A stretch of 64,000 nt of DNA, from positions 11,412-75,411 of the forward strand of contig CAJBBX010000053.1 of assembly GCA_903951425.1 (NCBI GenBank). Direction: 5' to 3'. Positions 49,762 through 60,600 of the stretch are shown one piece after another (the first letter of the stretch is position 1; each line of letters opens with the position of its first letter). The notes below the pieces were generated by a model that saw only the letters and a program-made list of their open reading frames with translations, searched no databases and was not told the DNA's origin. The translations under genes were made by a program, and so were the position numbers. Origin of the DNA: an uncultured Chthonomonas sp. (GTDB lineage Bacteria; Armatimonadota; Chthonomonadetes; Chthonomonadales; CAJBBX01).

Positions 49762-50637
49762 CTAGCGCCCCAATAGACTACCGCCTCCTGCCTCGTCCCG
49801 GATGTCGAAATCCTTGCGGAGGCGGAACTTGTCGCAAACGGCGGCCAGAGCGTCGTCTGCGGTGGTGCAGGAGTCGGCTACGTCCTTGGATGCCGAGCCC
49901 AGGCCCGAGCCCTGCATCTGCGTCAGATTATCCAACGCGGCCTTGGGGTCGCCGCTCATGGCCTGGGCGAAGCTGTTGCCCACCTGTGCCATGGCTCCGC
50001 TGGTCTTGCCCAGCATATCGTAGTAAGCGTTGGCCAGGTCCGTGCAGGCCTGCGGCGGGCGGCGCTGCATGAACACCTGGCTCAGTTGCTGCCACTGGCC
50101 GGTCCACTGCGCCAGCGACTGCTGGAACTTGCCGTAGACCTCCTTGTGGCGCTCCTCGGGCTCGTTGGTGGTCCAATCGGCGGAGGCGCCGGCGTAGCTC
50201 AGGTCTCCGCTCTGTTTCAGGACGTCGCCGAGCTGCTGCTTGATGAGCAGCACGCGCTGCCGCTCCACGTCCTTGAGGAACTTCAGGTACTCGATGATCT
50301 CGGTGGGCTCTGGCTCCGGCGTCTTGGCCTGGCCGGTGGCCTCCGCAATCTTGGCAGGCGTCGGCGCGCGGCCTCCCGCCTCGGTGAGCCTTGACGGGCC
50401 CGGGGTGACGCCGGACGCCTGCGCCACGCGGCTCCCGCGATGCGTCAGGGCCCAGTATCCGCCCAGCCCAAGGAGCAGGGCCGCTGCACCGGCGGCGTAG
50501 GGCCACCATGGGCGAGCCCTGGCGGCGGAAGCGGCTCCGGCGGCGACGCCGGCTCCCGCGGCCGCGCCGCACTTGTGGCAGAAGACCGATCCATCCGGCA
50601 ACTCGGCCGAACAGCGGCTGCACGTCATGGCAATCAC
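49762..50637 (-). CDS. zinc-ribbon / single-TM protein with helical ectodomain
   Basis: MTCSRCSAELPDGSVFCHKCG, then the TM helix WWPYAAGAAALLLGLGGYWAL. The remainder is not recognised. Confidence 0.55.
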   Translation of the reverse strand: MIAMTCSRCSAELPDGSVFCHKCGAAAGAGVAAGAASAARARPWWPYAAGAAALLLGLGGYWALTHRGSRVAQASGVTPGPSRLTEAGGRAPTPAKIAEATGQAKTPEPEPTEIIEYLKFLKDVERQRVLLIKQQLGDVLKQSGDLSYAGASADWTTNEPEERHKEVYGKFQQSLAQWTGQWQQLSQVFMQRRPPQACTDLANAYYDMLGKTSGAMAQVGNSFAQAMSGDPKAALDNLTQMQGSGLGSASKDVADSCTTADDALAAVCDKFRLRKDFDIRDEAGGGSLLGR

Positions 50638-50806
50638 CTCCGCAGCAAGGCATACCCGAGGGGCTCGCGTACGCGTCCCACGGCTATATACCTGACGACG
50701 ACGGCGATCCGTGGGTTCACCTGGCCGTTGGGCAATCAGACCCGGCGCGCTCGTCTGCTAGAATCCCGTATCTGTAAGAACCCAACCATGGTCGGAGTTG
50801 CCCCGC

Positions 50807-53440
50807 ATGCCCCGTAACAGAACCAGCCTCGCCCTCGGCCTGTCCATAGTCGCGGCGTTCGTTAGCCCGCTCATCGCCCAGACGCCCCCGCCGTCCGCGC
50901 CGCCGGTCAAGCCGCCCGCGCAAGGCACTGGCGCCGCGCGTCCCAAGGGCGAGGCCCCGCCGCCCTTCGCCGCCAAGGCGTCCAAGCTCTTCGAGCAGGC
51001 CCTGGCCGCCCAGCGCGCCGGCAAGGTGGACCAGGCCGTCGGCCTCTATCGCGAACTGGTGGCCGTGGCGCCTACGGCCTACCCGGCGCAGATCAACCTG
51101 GCCCTCCTGCTCCGCGGGAAGCGCGATCTGGCAGGTGCGGAGAAGGCATTCCTGAGCGCCGCGTCGATCGATCCGAAGAGCCCCCTGCCGCCGGCGCAGC
51201 TGGCTTCCATCTATATGGAACAGGGGCGGATGCCTGCCGCGCAGACCCAGGCGGCTCGGGCCGTGGCGCTGGACCCCAAGAGCGCCCAGGCGCACTTCAT
51301 GCTCGCCGCCACCGAGGCCGCTCAGGGGCGCTTTGCCGAAGCGGAGAAGGGCTTCCGCTCGGCGGTTCGGCTTGCACCCAAGAACGCCCAGAGCCACCAC
51401 AACCTGGGCTACGTCTTGGCCTCGCAGAAGAAGTATGATGCCGCCGTGGCCTCCTTCGCACGGGCCGCGGAGTTGGAGCCGACCATGGTGGCTGCCCATC
51501 TGGGCGTGGCGGGAGCGCGCTTCTCGCAGGGCAGGTACGACGACGCCATCGCCGGCTACCAGAAGGGCTCCGCCATGGCCCCCAACGCGCCGGGACCCTA
51601 CTTCAGCCTCGGGTTGGCCCAGCAGATGAAGGCCGACAAGCTCACCGACCCCGTCGCCCAGAGGGCCCTCCGTCAGCTGGCGATCTCGAGCTACGTCAAG
51701 GCCGTCCAGTTGGCCCCGGACTACAAGCAGGCGCGGTTCAACGTGGCGCGGCTCTACTACGACCTGGGCAACTTCGGGCAGGCGGCAGACCACTTCGCCG
51801 TGGCGGCACGTCTCGACCCCAAGAACGCCAAGCTACTCACGGACGCCGCCATCGCCGAGACCCGCGCAGCCGACGCCGTGCAGGATGCGTCTCGTAAGAA
51901 GCAGCTAACCGACGCGGCCGAAGCCCACTACCGGTCGGCGCTGGCGCAGTCGCCCCTGAAGCAGGCCTACGCCGGCCTCGGCTACCTTCTGGAGAAGGCC
52001 GGCCAGCCCGATAAGGCCTTCGAGGTCTACAGCGGCTGGATGGCGAAGCAGCCCAAGGAGATAGAGGCGCTGCTCTCCGCCGCCCGTGTGCGTGAGAACC
52101 AGAAGAAGAAGCCCGAGGCCCGCAAGCTCTACGACCAGGCCATGGCGATGGCGCCCAAGGATGCGCGGGCGTTCCTGGCCGTGGGCCGCATGCTTGAGGC
52201 CGAGCAGAAGAACGACGAGGCCGCTGCGCAGTACCTTAAGGTGGTCACCGTCGACCCCAAGAACAGCGAGGCGCGGCGGCAGTTGGCCTCGGTCTACCAG
52301 CGGCAAGGGAAAACCTCCGAGGCGCTGGCCCAGTACCAGGCGCTGAAGGCCGCCGACCCCAAGAACCCGGCTTCGTACACTGCCATTGCGGGCCTCTATG
52401 AGCGGGACAAGAAGTACGACGAGGCCGCCCGCGAGTACCGCTCCCTCATCGACATGAACCCGAAGGAAGTGGGGCACAAGGCCGCCTTGGCGCGCCTCTT
52501 CGAGACGCAGAAGCGCTACGACGAGGCCATCGCCCTCTACCGCGAGATCGGCAAGCTCCAACCCACGGATACTTTCTATGTGACCAACGTGCCGCGCCTG
52601 CTGGAGGCCCAGGGCAAGGCCGATGACGCCGTCGCCGAGTGGAGGCGACTGCTGGCCGCCAATCCCAAGGCCGCCGCGTTCCGCTCTTCGCTGGGCGCCG
52701 CGCTGGAGCGGCAGGGCAAACTCGCCGAGGCGTTGGCGGAGTATGAGGCTGCGACCAAGGACCAGCCCCAGGCCCAGTGGGCGTGGATGAAGGCAGGGGC
52801 GGTCTATCTGAAGATGGAGAAGCTCGAGGAGGCGAAGAAGGCCTACATGCAGGCCCAGCAAATCGCGCCCGAGAGCGGCGAGCCCTACGAGAAGCTGGAA
52901 GGCATCTACGAGAAGCAAGGCAAGCAGGTCGAGTGGCTCGCGTTCCTCACCGGCGTGCTGGAGAAGGCGCCCGAGAACGCTGTGGCCCTCACCCGGGTCG
53001 AGGGACAGGCCCGCAAGCAGGGCAAGATGGACGACCTCTACGCCTCGCTGGCGAAGCTGGCCGCCCGGCCCGGGATCAGCAAGCGCTTCCTGTCGCCCTA
53101 CGCGGACCTCTTGGACCGCAACGGCAAGGGCGCCGACGCCCTTGAGGTGCGTCGGCGCATCGCGAAGGACAGCCCGGACGACTACCTGACGCGCGCCTCC
53201 ATCGCCGCCGAGTATGAACGGCAGGGGCGCACGCCGGACGCCATCGTCTTCTACGAGGAGGTTGTCCGCATCGCCGGCGTTCCCACGCCGGTCATGAGCA
53301 ACTACCGCCTGAAGCTGGCCGCCCTATACGAGAAGAACGGTCAGAAGCAGGAGGCCATCGGCCAGTACCGCGAGGTGAAGAAGGCCGATGCCGGCAACAA
53401 GTCGGCGCTGGACGCCCTGAAGCGTCTGGGAGCGCCATAG
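50807..53440 (+). CDS. secreted tetratricopeptide-repeat (TPR) protein
   Basis: Signal peptide LALGLSIVAAFVSPLIAQ and more than 20 TPR-like 34-aa units. ATG 50807 lies 9 nt after GGAG, whereas TTG 50798 has no spacer. Confidence 0.8.
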   Translation: MPRNRTSLALGLSIVAAFVSPLIAQTPPPSAPPVKPPAQGTGAARPKGEAPPPFAAKASKLFEQALAAQRAGKVDQAVGLYRELVAVAPTAYPAQINLALLLRGKRDLAGAEKAFLSAASIDPKSPLPPAQLASIYMEQGRMPAAQTQAARAVALDPKSAQAHFMLAATEAAQGRFAEAEKGFRSAVRLAPKNAQSHHNLGYVLASQKKYDAAVASFARAAELEPTMVAAHLGVAGARFSQGRYDDAIAGYQKGSAMAPNAPGPYFSLGLAQQMKADKLTDPVAQRALRQLAISSYVKAVQLAPDYKQARFNVARLYYDLGNFGQAADHFAVAARLDPKNAKLLTDAAIAETRAADAVQDASRKKQLTDAAEAHYRSALAQSPLKQAYAGLGYLLEKAGQPDKAFEVYSGWMAKQPKEIEALLSAARVRENQKKKPEARKLYDQAMAMAPKDARAFLAVGRMLEAEQKNDEAAAQYLKVVTVDPKNSEARRQLASVYQRQGKTSEALAQYQALKAADPKNPASYTAIAGLYERDKKYDEAAREYRSLIDMNPKEVGHKAALARLFETQKRYDEAIALYREIGKLQPTDTFYVTNVPRLLEAQGKADDAVAEWRRLLAANPKAAAFRSSLGAALERQGKLAEALAEYEAATKDQPQAQWAWMKAGAVYLKMEKLEEAKKAYMQAQQIAPESGEPYEKLEGIYEKQGKQVEWLAFLTGVLEKAPENAVALTRVEGQARKQGKMDDLYASLAKLAARPGISKRFLSPYADLLDRNGKGADALEVRRRIAKDSPDDYLTRASIAAEYERQGRTPDAIVFYEEVVRIAGVPTPVMSNYRLKLAALYEKNGQKQEAIGQYREVKKADAGNKSALDALKRLGAP

Positions 53441-53482
53441 GCGGCGCCATGGCGCGGGTCGGCTATCATGGAGGTGTTCTCG

Positions 53483-54304
53483 ATGTTCCAGCCGAGTAGG
53501 CGTGAAGCGGTCGCCGGGGCGGTCCGGCGCGTCTGCCTGGTCGCGGCGGCAACCCTCACGCTTGCCTGTTCGGCGTTGGCCGAGCCGCAGGGCAGGCAGG
53601 GCGTCCTGTTCCAGCACTCGACCATCGGCGCCCTGATGCAGGGCCTCTATGACGGCACCCTGTCCGTGGGCCAGTTACGGCGCGAGGGAGACTTCGGGCT
53701 GGGGACGTTCCATGCACTGGACGGCGAACTGATCGTCTACGGCGGCGTCGTCTACCAGGCCCGTTCGGATCAGGCGGTGGTTCGGGTGCCGGACACGGTG
53801 CGGACCCCCTTCGCTACCGTGACGCGCTTTCGGCCCACGGTCAGCGCCGCCGTCGAGGCGCGTACAAGACTTGAGGCGCTGGAGCAGCGGATGGAGTCAC
53901 TGGTGGGCTCGCGCAACGCCTTCGTGGCGTTCCGCGTGCGCGGCACATTCGCCGAGGTTCGCCTGCGCAGCGTCCCGGCCCAGTCGAAGCCCTATCCCGG
54001 TCTGGCCGCTGCGGCCGCCGGGCAGAGCGTCTACGCCGCCGGGCCGATCCATGGCACGCTCATCGGCTTCCGCACGCCGGACTACGCCTTCACGCTCAAC
54101 GTCCCGGGCTACCATTGCCACTTCCTGTCCGATGACCGCAAGGTGGCCGGGCACGTCCTCGCCTGCGCTCTGGCGTCCGGTCGGATCGAGGCGCAGCCGC
54201 TACGCCGCGTGGCGCTCTCGCTGCCCGACGGCCCTGACTTCGATGCCGCGTCGCTGGGCAAGGACGAGCGCGCGGGCATCGCCAAGGTGGAGAAGGGCCG
54301 GTAG
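53483..54304 (+). CDS. alsD: alpha-acetolactate decarboxylase with N-terminal signal-like peptide
   Basis: HSTIGALMQGLYDGTLSVGQLRREGDFGLGTFHALDGELIV is the ALDC family signature. GGAGG lies 8 nt before ATG 53483. Confidence 0.8.
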   Translation: MFQPSRREAVAGAVRRVCLVAAATLTLACSALAEPQGRQGVLFQHSTIGALMQGLYDGTLSVGQLRREGDFGLGTFHALDGELIVYGGVVYQARSDQAVVRVPDTVRTPFATVTRFRPTVSAAVEARTRLEALEQRMESLVGSRNAFVAFRVRGTFAEVRLRSVPAQSKPYPGLAAAAAGQSVYAAGPIHGTLIGFRTPDYAFTLNVPGYHCHFLSDDRKVAGHVLACALASGRIEAQPLRRVALSLPDGPDFDAASLGKDERAGIAKVEKGR

Positions 54305-54325
54305 GTTCGCGTCGGGAGGGGGAGC

Positions 54326-55174
54326 ATGCGCCGGTCTGAGCAATCGATTATCGTACGCGCCATGCAGCGATCCGAACTACCGATGGCCATCGAGTGGGCT
54401 CGCCAGGAGGGCTGGAACCCGGGCCTGCATGACGCCGATGCCTTCTGGGCGGCCGACCCGCACGGCTTCTATGTGGCCGAGGCCGACGGCGAGATCGTGG
54501 GCTGCTTCTCCGCCGTGGCGTACGACGAGAGCTTCGCGTTCGGCGGCTTCTTCATCGTGCGGCCCGACTACCGCCGCACCGCCGCAGGCATGCTGCTCTG
54601 GCGGCAGGCCGTGCGGACCGTGGGCGACCGGAACCTGGGCGGCGACGGCGTGGTGGAACGGCTGAAGGCGTACACAGACCTGGGCCTGCGGGTAGCGCAC
54701 CATTCGATCCGCTTCGAGGGACGACCCCGGGCCGTGGCCGCGCGCGAGTTCACTCCAGCCGCCGAAGCGCCCTTCGAGCTTCTCGCGGCCTACGATCGAT
54801 GCATGTTCCCGGCGCCGCGCACCGAGTTCCTGCGGCGCTGGATTGCACCACCGGATGGACTGGCGCTGTGCGACACGGTAGCCGGCGAGATCCGAGGCTA
54901 CGGCGTCATCCGGCGCTGCCATGCCGGCCTGAAGGTCGGGCCGCTCTTCGCTGACGACGCAGGTGTTGCAGAGGGGTTGCTGGACGCCCTGACGGCCCCA
55001 TATGCCGGTGAAACGCTCTACCTTGACGTGCCCGAGCCCAACGCCGCGGCCATGGCCATCGCATCGAGGCGGGGCATGACCGAGGTCTTCAGGACAGGGC
55101 GCGTCTACTCCAAGGCGGCCCCGCCCATCGACCTGGCGCGAGTGTTCGGCGTCACCACGTTCGAACTGGGGTAG
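54326..55174 (+). CDS. GNAT-family N-acetyltransferase with C-terminal YitH-like domain
   Basis: N-terminal GNAT fold (GEIVGCFSAVAYDESFAFGGFFIVRPDYRRTAAGMLLW). About 280 aa with a two-domain layout. Confidence 0.7.
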   Translation: MRRSEQSIIVRAMQRSELPMAIEWARQEGWNPGLHDADAFWAADPHGFYVAEADGEIVGCFSAVAYDESFAFGGFFIVRPDYRRTAAGMLLWRQAVRTVGDRNLGGDGVVERLKAYTDLGLRVAHHSIRFEGRPRAVAAREFTPAAEAPFELLAAYDRCMFPAPRTEFLRRWIAPPDGLALCDTVAGEIRGYGVIRRCHAGLKVGPLFADDAGVAEGLLDALTAPYAGETLYLDVPEPNAAAMAIASRRGMTEVFRTGRVYSKAAPPIDLARVFGVTTFELG

Positions 55175-55179
55175 TTCGG

Positions 55180-57633
55180 CTACGGCGCCTCCCACTCCAG
55201 GATGCCGCCGGAGAAGCCGGACTGAAGTTGCACCTCCATGCGTAGGCGCGAGGTGGTCACCGGCGCAAAGCGGTAGGCGTTGAGCTTGTCCTTTGTGGCC
55301 TTCGGCGCCGCGCCCTCGGTGGGTTGCCACGCCTGGCCGTCCCACCAGACGATGCGGACCGACGCGGGCACGCGGCACTGGCCGCCGGTCGAGCCATCGT
55401 CGAACCAGTAGACATCGACCTTCTCTACCCGTCGCGCCATGGGGAAGTCGTACTGCACCCATTCGGCTGTGCCCCGGTGGTCCCACCAGGTGAAGCGCGG
55501 CGCCGAACCGTCCGCTGAACTCGTGGGAAGCTGTCCGTCGTTCAGCGCGGTGATGGGGTCGGGCTCGTTCCGGTACGAGGACGAGGCCTCGGCTGCGCCT
55601 TCGCCCCACGCCTTGCCGTTGGCTGACACCCGCGGGAATGCGGTGATCCGGAGGCGCGCGCACCCCATGGGGATCAGGGTGACCTCCTCCTCGGGCTCCG
55701 ATGTAGCGATGGGCCCCGGTTGCACTTCGGCCACCAGGCCGTTTGGCTGGATCTTCCACTCGGGGATGCGTCGCGCCCTGGCTATGAGCTCGATCCCAGC
55801 CCGGTCCGGCGCGAACGGCTGCGCCGCCGGCTTGCCCGATCCCTGTACCCGAACGGAGGCCGCAGGATTGGCCGGGTCCACCACGAGCCCGTAGTTCCAT
55901 GGGCCCGCCGCGTAGACCTCCCAGCCGTCCCACGCGCGGCCTGTGGAGTAGAGGCGCCACTCCTCGGGGATCTTCAACGAGTAGGTCAGGGGACCTCGGT
56001 CCAGTGAGACGGTGTTGCGGTTGCCCTTCCAGACGGTGGCCTTGATCGCCATGGGCAGGCGGAGCGTCAGGGCGTCTCCGGCCCTCCATGTGCGCGTTAC
56101 CCGAAGCCAGCCCCTGGGCGCGGCGGGGGAGGCCAGGCGCTTGCCGTTGACCGTCACCTGCGGCGCGGCACACCAGCCGGGGATGCGTAGGTAGAGCGGG
56201 AACGAGGCGCCCGAGGTCGCCGTGGCCCGGAAGGTGATCGTGTCGCCGAAGGGGTACTGGGTCTCTACGCGGAGGCTAATCGACCCGGCCGCGCCGACCC
56301 TAGCCTGCACATTGCACGGCGCGTAGAGCGAGGCAGCCAGCCCATTGTCTCGCGTGGCCATGACGAGCCTTTCGGCGTAGTAGGGCCATCCGAAGGCGAT
56401 GTTGTGCTGGCAGCAGCGAAACGCCTCGTACGGCGTGTAGCTCATCATGTCGCCGCCGTTCTGGATGTCCGGGGCCTTGTTGGCGCGGTCGAGCTGCACC
56501 TGGTTTGGCGCGGTCAGGTAGTGGAGCGCCTTGTAGCTCGCGTCCTGGGCGCAGGGGAGGCCGTTGAAGGCCACCTCCTCGCACCGGTCGGCCCAGAGCG
56601 GATCGCCGGTTATGCGGAGCAGTTCCTCGTGGCTGTACATCATCTCCACGAAGGAGCAGGCCTCGGTGCCCTGCCGCGGGCCGGTGTAGCCCGGGCGGCA
56701 GTTCTCATCGGACCCGTACATGCCGCCGGGAACCTGTCCGTAGAGGCGGCGCATCTCGTTGTAGTTGCGTACGGCGGACGCCAGGTAGCGCTTGTCGCCC
56801 GACTGCTGGAAGTACTGCGCCGGTTCGCGCCAGCCCTGGGCCAGGTTCACGCCGTGCCAACTGGCGTTACCTCCGGTCCAGTCGGACGTCCGCTCATGGT
56901 TCACCTGAGCCATGGGCAGGAGCGCCTTGTCTCCGGTGCGGTTGTAGAGCCAGTAGATGACCTCCAGATTGTCGGCGCCGCGGAGCTTCTGCCAGCTACC
57001 GGGGAGGACCTTCTCCAGCGGCAGCCTGCTCTGCCAGCGGAAGTAGCGCGTAAGGAAGTCGAGGTCGTGGCTGCCGCCCACGGCCTCGTGGCGCGAGCGC
57101 ACGGCCGCCAGGGCCAGCATATTGGGCCAGAGGTCGGGCGTTGAGCGGTTCTCCTCAGGCCCGAAGTAGCCGTCCGGTCGTTGCGATGCGACGATGGCGT
57201 TGAGCCACCTGTTCGCCTTGGCTTTCAGCGCGGGGTCGTCGAGGACGAAGGCCAGGTCGGTGAAGCCCTTGAGCCAGTAGGGAAGCTCCTCCCAGCCCAG
57301 CTTGCCCTTCCCGTCCTTGGCGGCCCATGCGCTACCCTCGAAGCGGCACCAGGGGCTCAGCTCCTCCAGGCGGCCCGTCATGCCCTCGGCCATGAGCCGC
57401 AGTTGCGTCTCCAGCCATCCCTGCGGCCGCACGGCCCGTGTGGGAAGCTTAATCAACGGCTCCGGCGCCAGCGGGGCTCGGTTGCCTATATAGTGCGCCG
57501 ACGCGCCGCGTGTCGGGGGTGACGCTACAGCCTGAACTGCCACGTCCGGCGTTCCACCCGCCTGTGCCGTATGCGCCGCAACGCCCACCAGGCCCGCAAC
57601 GGCTGCCCAGCTCCACTTCGTGCCCATGGCCAA
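55180..57633 (-). CDS. GH127/GH146-like (DUF1680, beta-L-arabinofuranosidase-type) hydrolase with C-terminal discoidin-like domain
   Basis: Signal peptide. GTEACSFVEMM (Glu-x-Cys) and FRCCQHN (Cys-Cys) match the Zn/nucleophile cysteines of GH127. The C-terminal F5/8-type-C-like segment reads TAEWVQYDF. GGAGGAGGG lies 6 nt before the ATG. Confidence 0.75.
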   Translation of the reverse strand: MAMGTKWSWAAVAGLVGVAAHTAQAGGTPDVAVQAVASPPTRGASAHYIGNRAPLAPEPLIKLPTRAVRPQGWLETQLRLMAEGMTGRLEELSPWCRFEGSAWAAKDGKGKLGWEELPYWLKGFTDLAFVLDDPALKAKANRWLNAIVASQRPDGYFGPEENRSTPDLWPNMLALAAVRSRHEAVGGSHDLDFLTRYFRWQSRLPLEKVLPGSWQKLRGADNLEVIYWLYNRTGDKALLPMAQVNHERTSDWTGGNASWHGVNLAQGWREPAQYFQQSGDKRYLASAVRNYNEMRRLYGQVPGGMYGSDENCRPGYTGPRQGTEACSFVEMMYSHEELLRITGDPLWADRCEEVAFNGLPCAQDASYKALHYLTAPNQVQLDRANKAPDIQNGGDMMSYTPYEAFRCCQHNIAFGWPYYAERLVMATRDNGLAASLYAPCNVQARVGAAGSISLRVETQYPFGDTITFRATATSGASFPLYLRIPGWCAAPQVTVNGKRLASPAAPRGWLRVTRTWRAGDALTLRLPMAIKATVWKGNRNTVSLDRGPLTYSLKIPEEWRLYSTGRAWDGWEVYAAGPWNYGLVVDPANPAASVRVQGSGKPAAQPFAPDRAGIELIARARRIPEWKIQPNGLVAEVQPGPIATSEPEEEVTLIPMGCARLRITAFPRVSANGKAWGEGAAEASSSYRNEPDPITALNDGQLPTSSADGSAPRFTWWDHRGTAEWVQYDFPMARRVEKVDVYWFDDGSTGGQCRVPASVRIVWWDGQAWQPTEGAAPKATKDKLNAYRFAPVTTSRLRMEVQLQSGFSGGILEWEAP

Positions 57634-57698
57634 CCCTCCTCCGGCGCCGCGCGCGCCTGTGCAGACTCTACCGCAACGCTCTGGGTACTATCCAGACC

Positions 57699-60600
57699 AT
57701 GAGACCCCGAATCCTCTGTTTGGCGCTCCTGGCGGTGCTGCTCGGAGCCCCGATGCCGTCGGCCGCCTACCGCGCCGCCATCTTCTGGCATCCCGGCCTG
57801 CCCGTGGTGGGCGCCGCCACGCCGCCGGAGACGTTCGAGCGCGTGTTCCGAGCGGTCGGCGTCGCCTGCGAGCGCCTTGACGCGGCGGCCGTGGCCGACC
57901 CGGCTCGGCTCAACCGGGCGCGGTTCGACCTGCTCGTCGTGTCTACCGGCGCCTCCTACCCGGCCGCGGGCCAATCGGCTCTGCTGGCCTTCCTGAAGCA
58001 GGGCGGCGACCTGCTCTGTACGGGCGGCTATGCATTCGACGCGCCCATGGAGATGCAGGACGGTGTCTGGGCCCGCTCGTCGGCGCTGCTGGCTGAGCGG
58101 ATGCAGCAGGGGCGCGACCCGGCGGCCGCCACCATCCCGAACGGCGGGTTCGAGGAGGGCCTGGAGGGCTGGATCACCGGCGGCCCTGCGCGAGTGGCCA
58201 CGGCGGCAGAGGCGCGCACCGGCAAGGCATGCGTCACGGTGACGTCGGAGCTGGGCTCGGGCGGCGCCGGCGTCACGCACGGCCTCGACGTGGAGCCGGG
58301 GCGCACCTACCTCGTGGGCGCGTCGCACCGGACGCATGGGGTCCGCGGCGTGGGCTTCGCCTTCGTGGCGGTCTATCAGTACGGCGCCGACGGCGCGCTG
58401 CTCACCTTCCGCGACTTCTCCCAGATGCGCGGCGACACGCCCTGGAAGCGCTCCGAGTACCGCGTGACGATCCACCCGCAGGCTCGGCTTGTGCAGTTCC
58501 GCTGCGGGCTCTACCTGGCCTCGGGGCAGGCCTGGTTTGATGACGTGACCTGCGCCGAGACGCCCGCCGAAGTTCGCATCAACGCCCACTATGGCGACCC
58601 GCAGGACGCGCTGCTGGTGCAGTCCGACCAGCTACCCATCTACAGCCCCGATCAGCGCTTCGCCGGCGTGCGTTGCGTGACTGATCCCGACGGGCCGTTG
58701 GTGGGCACCAGCTGGCGGCTCGATGGCGCGGTCAGCGGTTACGACGCCACAGCGCAGCTTCGTGCCGAGGCGCGCTGGATGCCGCTGGTGCGCGCCCATG
58801 ACCGGTACGGTCGCGCTGTCGGCTGTCCCGGCGCGTTGGTTTCGTGGCGCAAGGGGCAGTTCCGGGGAGGCCAGTGGGCGATTTTCGGCGTCGTCGACCG
58901 CGACCTCTTCGCGGGGCCGACCGGCGGTGGTCTTCTGGCTCAAGTCATTGCGCTCCTGCGCGGAGGCATTTCCGCCGACTGGCTGGCGGGTGACCAGCCG
59001 ATCTACAACCCCGGAGAGACCGCGCTCCTCAGCAGTCGGATCACGGCCCGCGAGCCCGGCGCGTCCGTCGAGTGCGCCCTGACGCTGGACGCCCCGGCTC
59101 CCGGCGGCGTATGGCGCCGCGTAGCTACCGTGCCAGTTACGCTGGGGCCATGGACCGACGGCGCAGCCCAGGTCAGCGCTCGCTGGACGGCGCCAACGGA
59201 CGCGCCCGATTTCATCCGCGCCCGGCTCGTAGTCCGGGCCGCGGGGCGTGTCGTCGACCGTTGCGAAACCGGCTTCTGCGTCTCCAACCCGGAGGTGGTG
59301 CGGCGGGGTGTGCGCATCGCGTTCAGCGGGAACCGGTTCACCCTCACCCCGCCCGGCGGGAAGCCCCGGCGCTCCATGCTGTTCGGCACTGACACCTACG
59401 GCAATATGCTCTGGTCGCCGAACTGCAGTCCGCTCACCTGGTACCGCGACCTCGAGACGATGCGCGACCACGGCCTGCACATGTGGGAGATGCTCCAGCC
59501 TTGCCCGCCGGGCTTCGTCTTCGATGAGAAGCTCTGGCGCCAGACGGACGCCCTTGTGCAGCTTGCCCAGCGTTTCGGCCTGCCCTACATGGCGGGCCTG
59601 CTCATCGGCCAGAACGTGGCCGTGGACGACGCCACCCTCCAGCGCCAGGCTGAGCTCTGCCGCGCCTTCGCCCTGCGTAATAGGGCCGCGCCGGGCCTGC
59701 TGTACTATCTGAATGGCGACTACCAGCTCAGGATCAGCGATACTCCCGACCTGCGGCGCCACTGGAACGACTTCCTCACCAAGCGCTACGGCGGCGACGC
59801 CGCGCTTCGGGCGGCTTGGGGAAGCCGGGCGCCGGCCGAGGCCCTGGGCTCCATCCCGTTGCAGGAGGCGCCGCCCGAGGCGTGGTTCGACCTCCGCGCC
59901 CGCGATCTGGCCGAGTTCAAGGCCTGGCTCGTGCGCCGGTGGAACGAGACGCTGGTGAAGGCCGTCCGCTCGGTCGACCGTGCGCACCCGATTCTGGGTG
60001 AGTACTACCAGCGGCCGTGGGACGGGATCGACCTGCGCCTGAGCATGGGCGGCATGGACTGCGCCAACTACGGCTACTTCGGCCCGCCGCGCAAGGACCT
60101 GCGCGAGATGCTCGCCACCCTCCGCTGGAACGACATGACACTGCACGGACAGGGCGTGGCCATGGGCGAGTTCGGCGTGAAGACGCACGACGGTTGGGCG
60201 GCCGACCGTGAGCCGTCGGACTACCACGCCCAGCGCACCGAGCCGGAGCAGCGGCGGCTCTTCTGGTGGGTGGTCCACGCGGCTTTCGGCGCGGGCGCCA
60301 CCAAGGTCCAGAACTGGTGCTGGTCGGACGATCCCGACGGCATGTTCCCCTGGGGCATGGCGACTACGAACCCGCTACGCGGCAAGCCTGCCGCCAAGCT
60401 CTACCGAAGCCTGAGCCGAGTCAGCGACCTGGTGGAGCCCGCCCAGCGCCGACCACAGGCCATCCTGGTGATGCCCGACGCATGGCGGTTGGGTGCGCCG
60501 GACACGCTGGGGCGCCTCGGGCCCATGAACGCGCTCCAGTGCCTGGTGGCCGCGGGTGTCGACTTCCTGACGGCCAACGAGGCTGACCTGCCCGGCCTCC

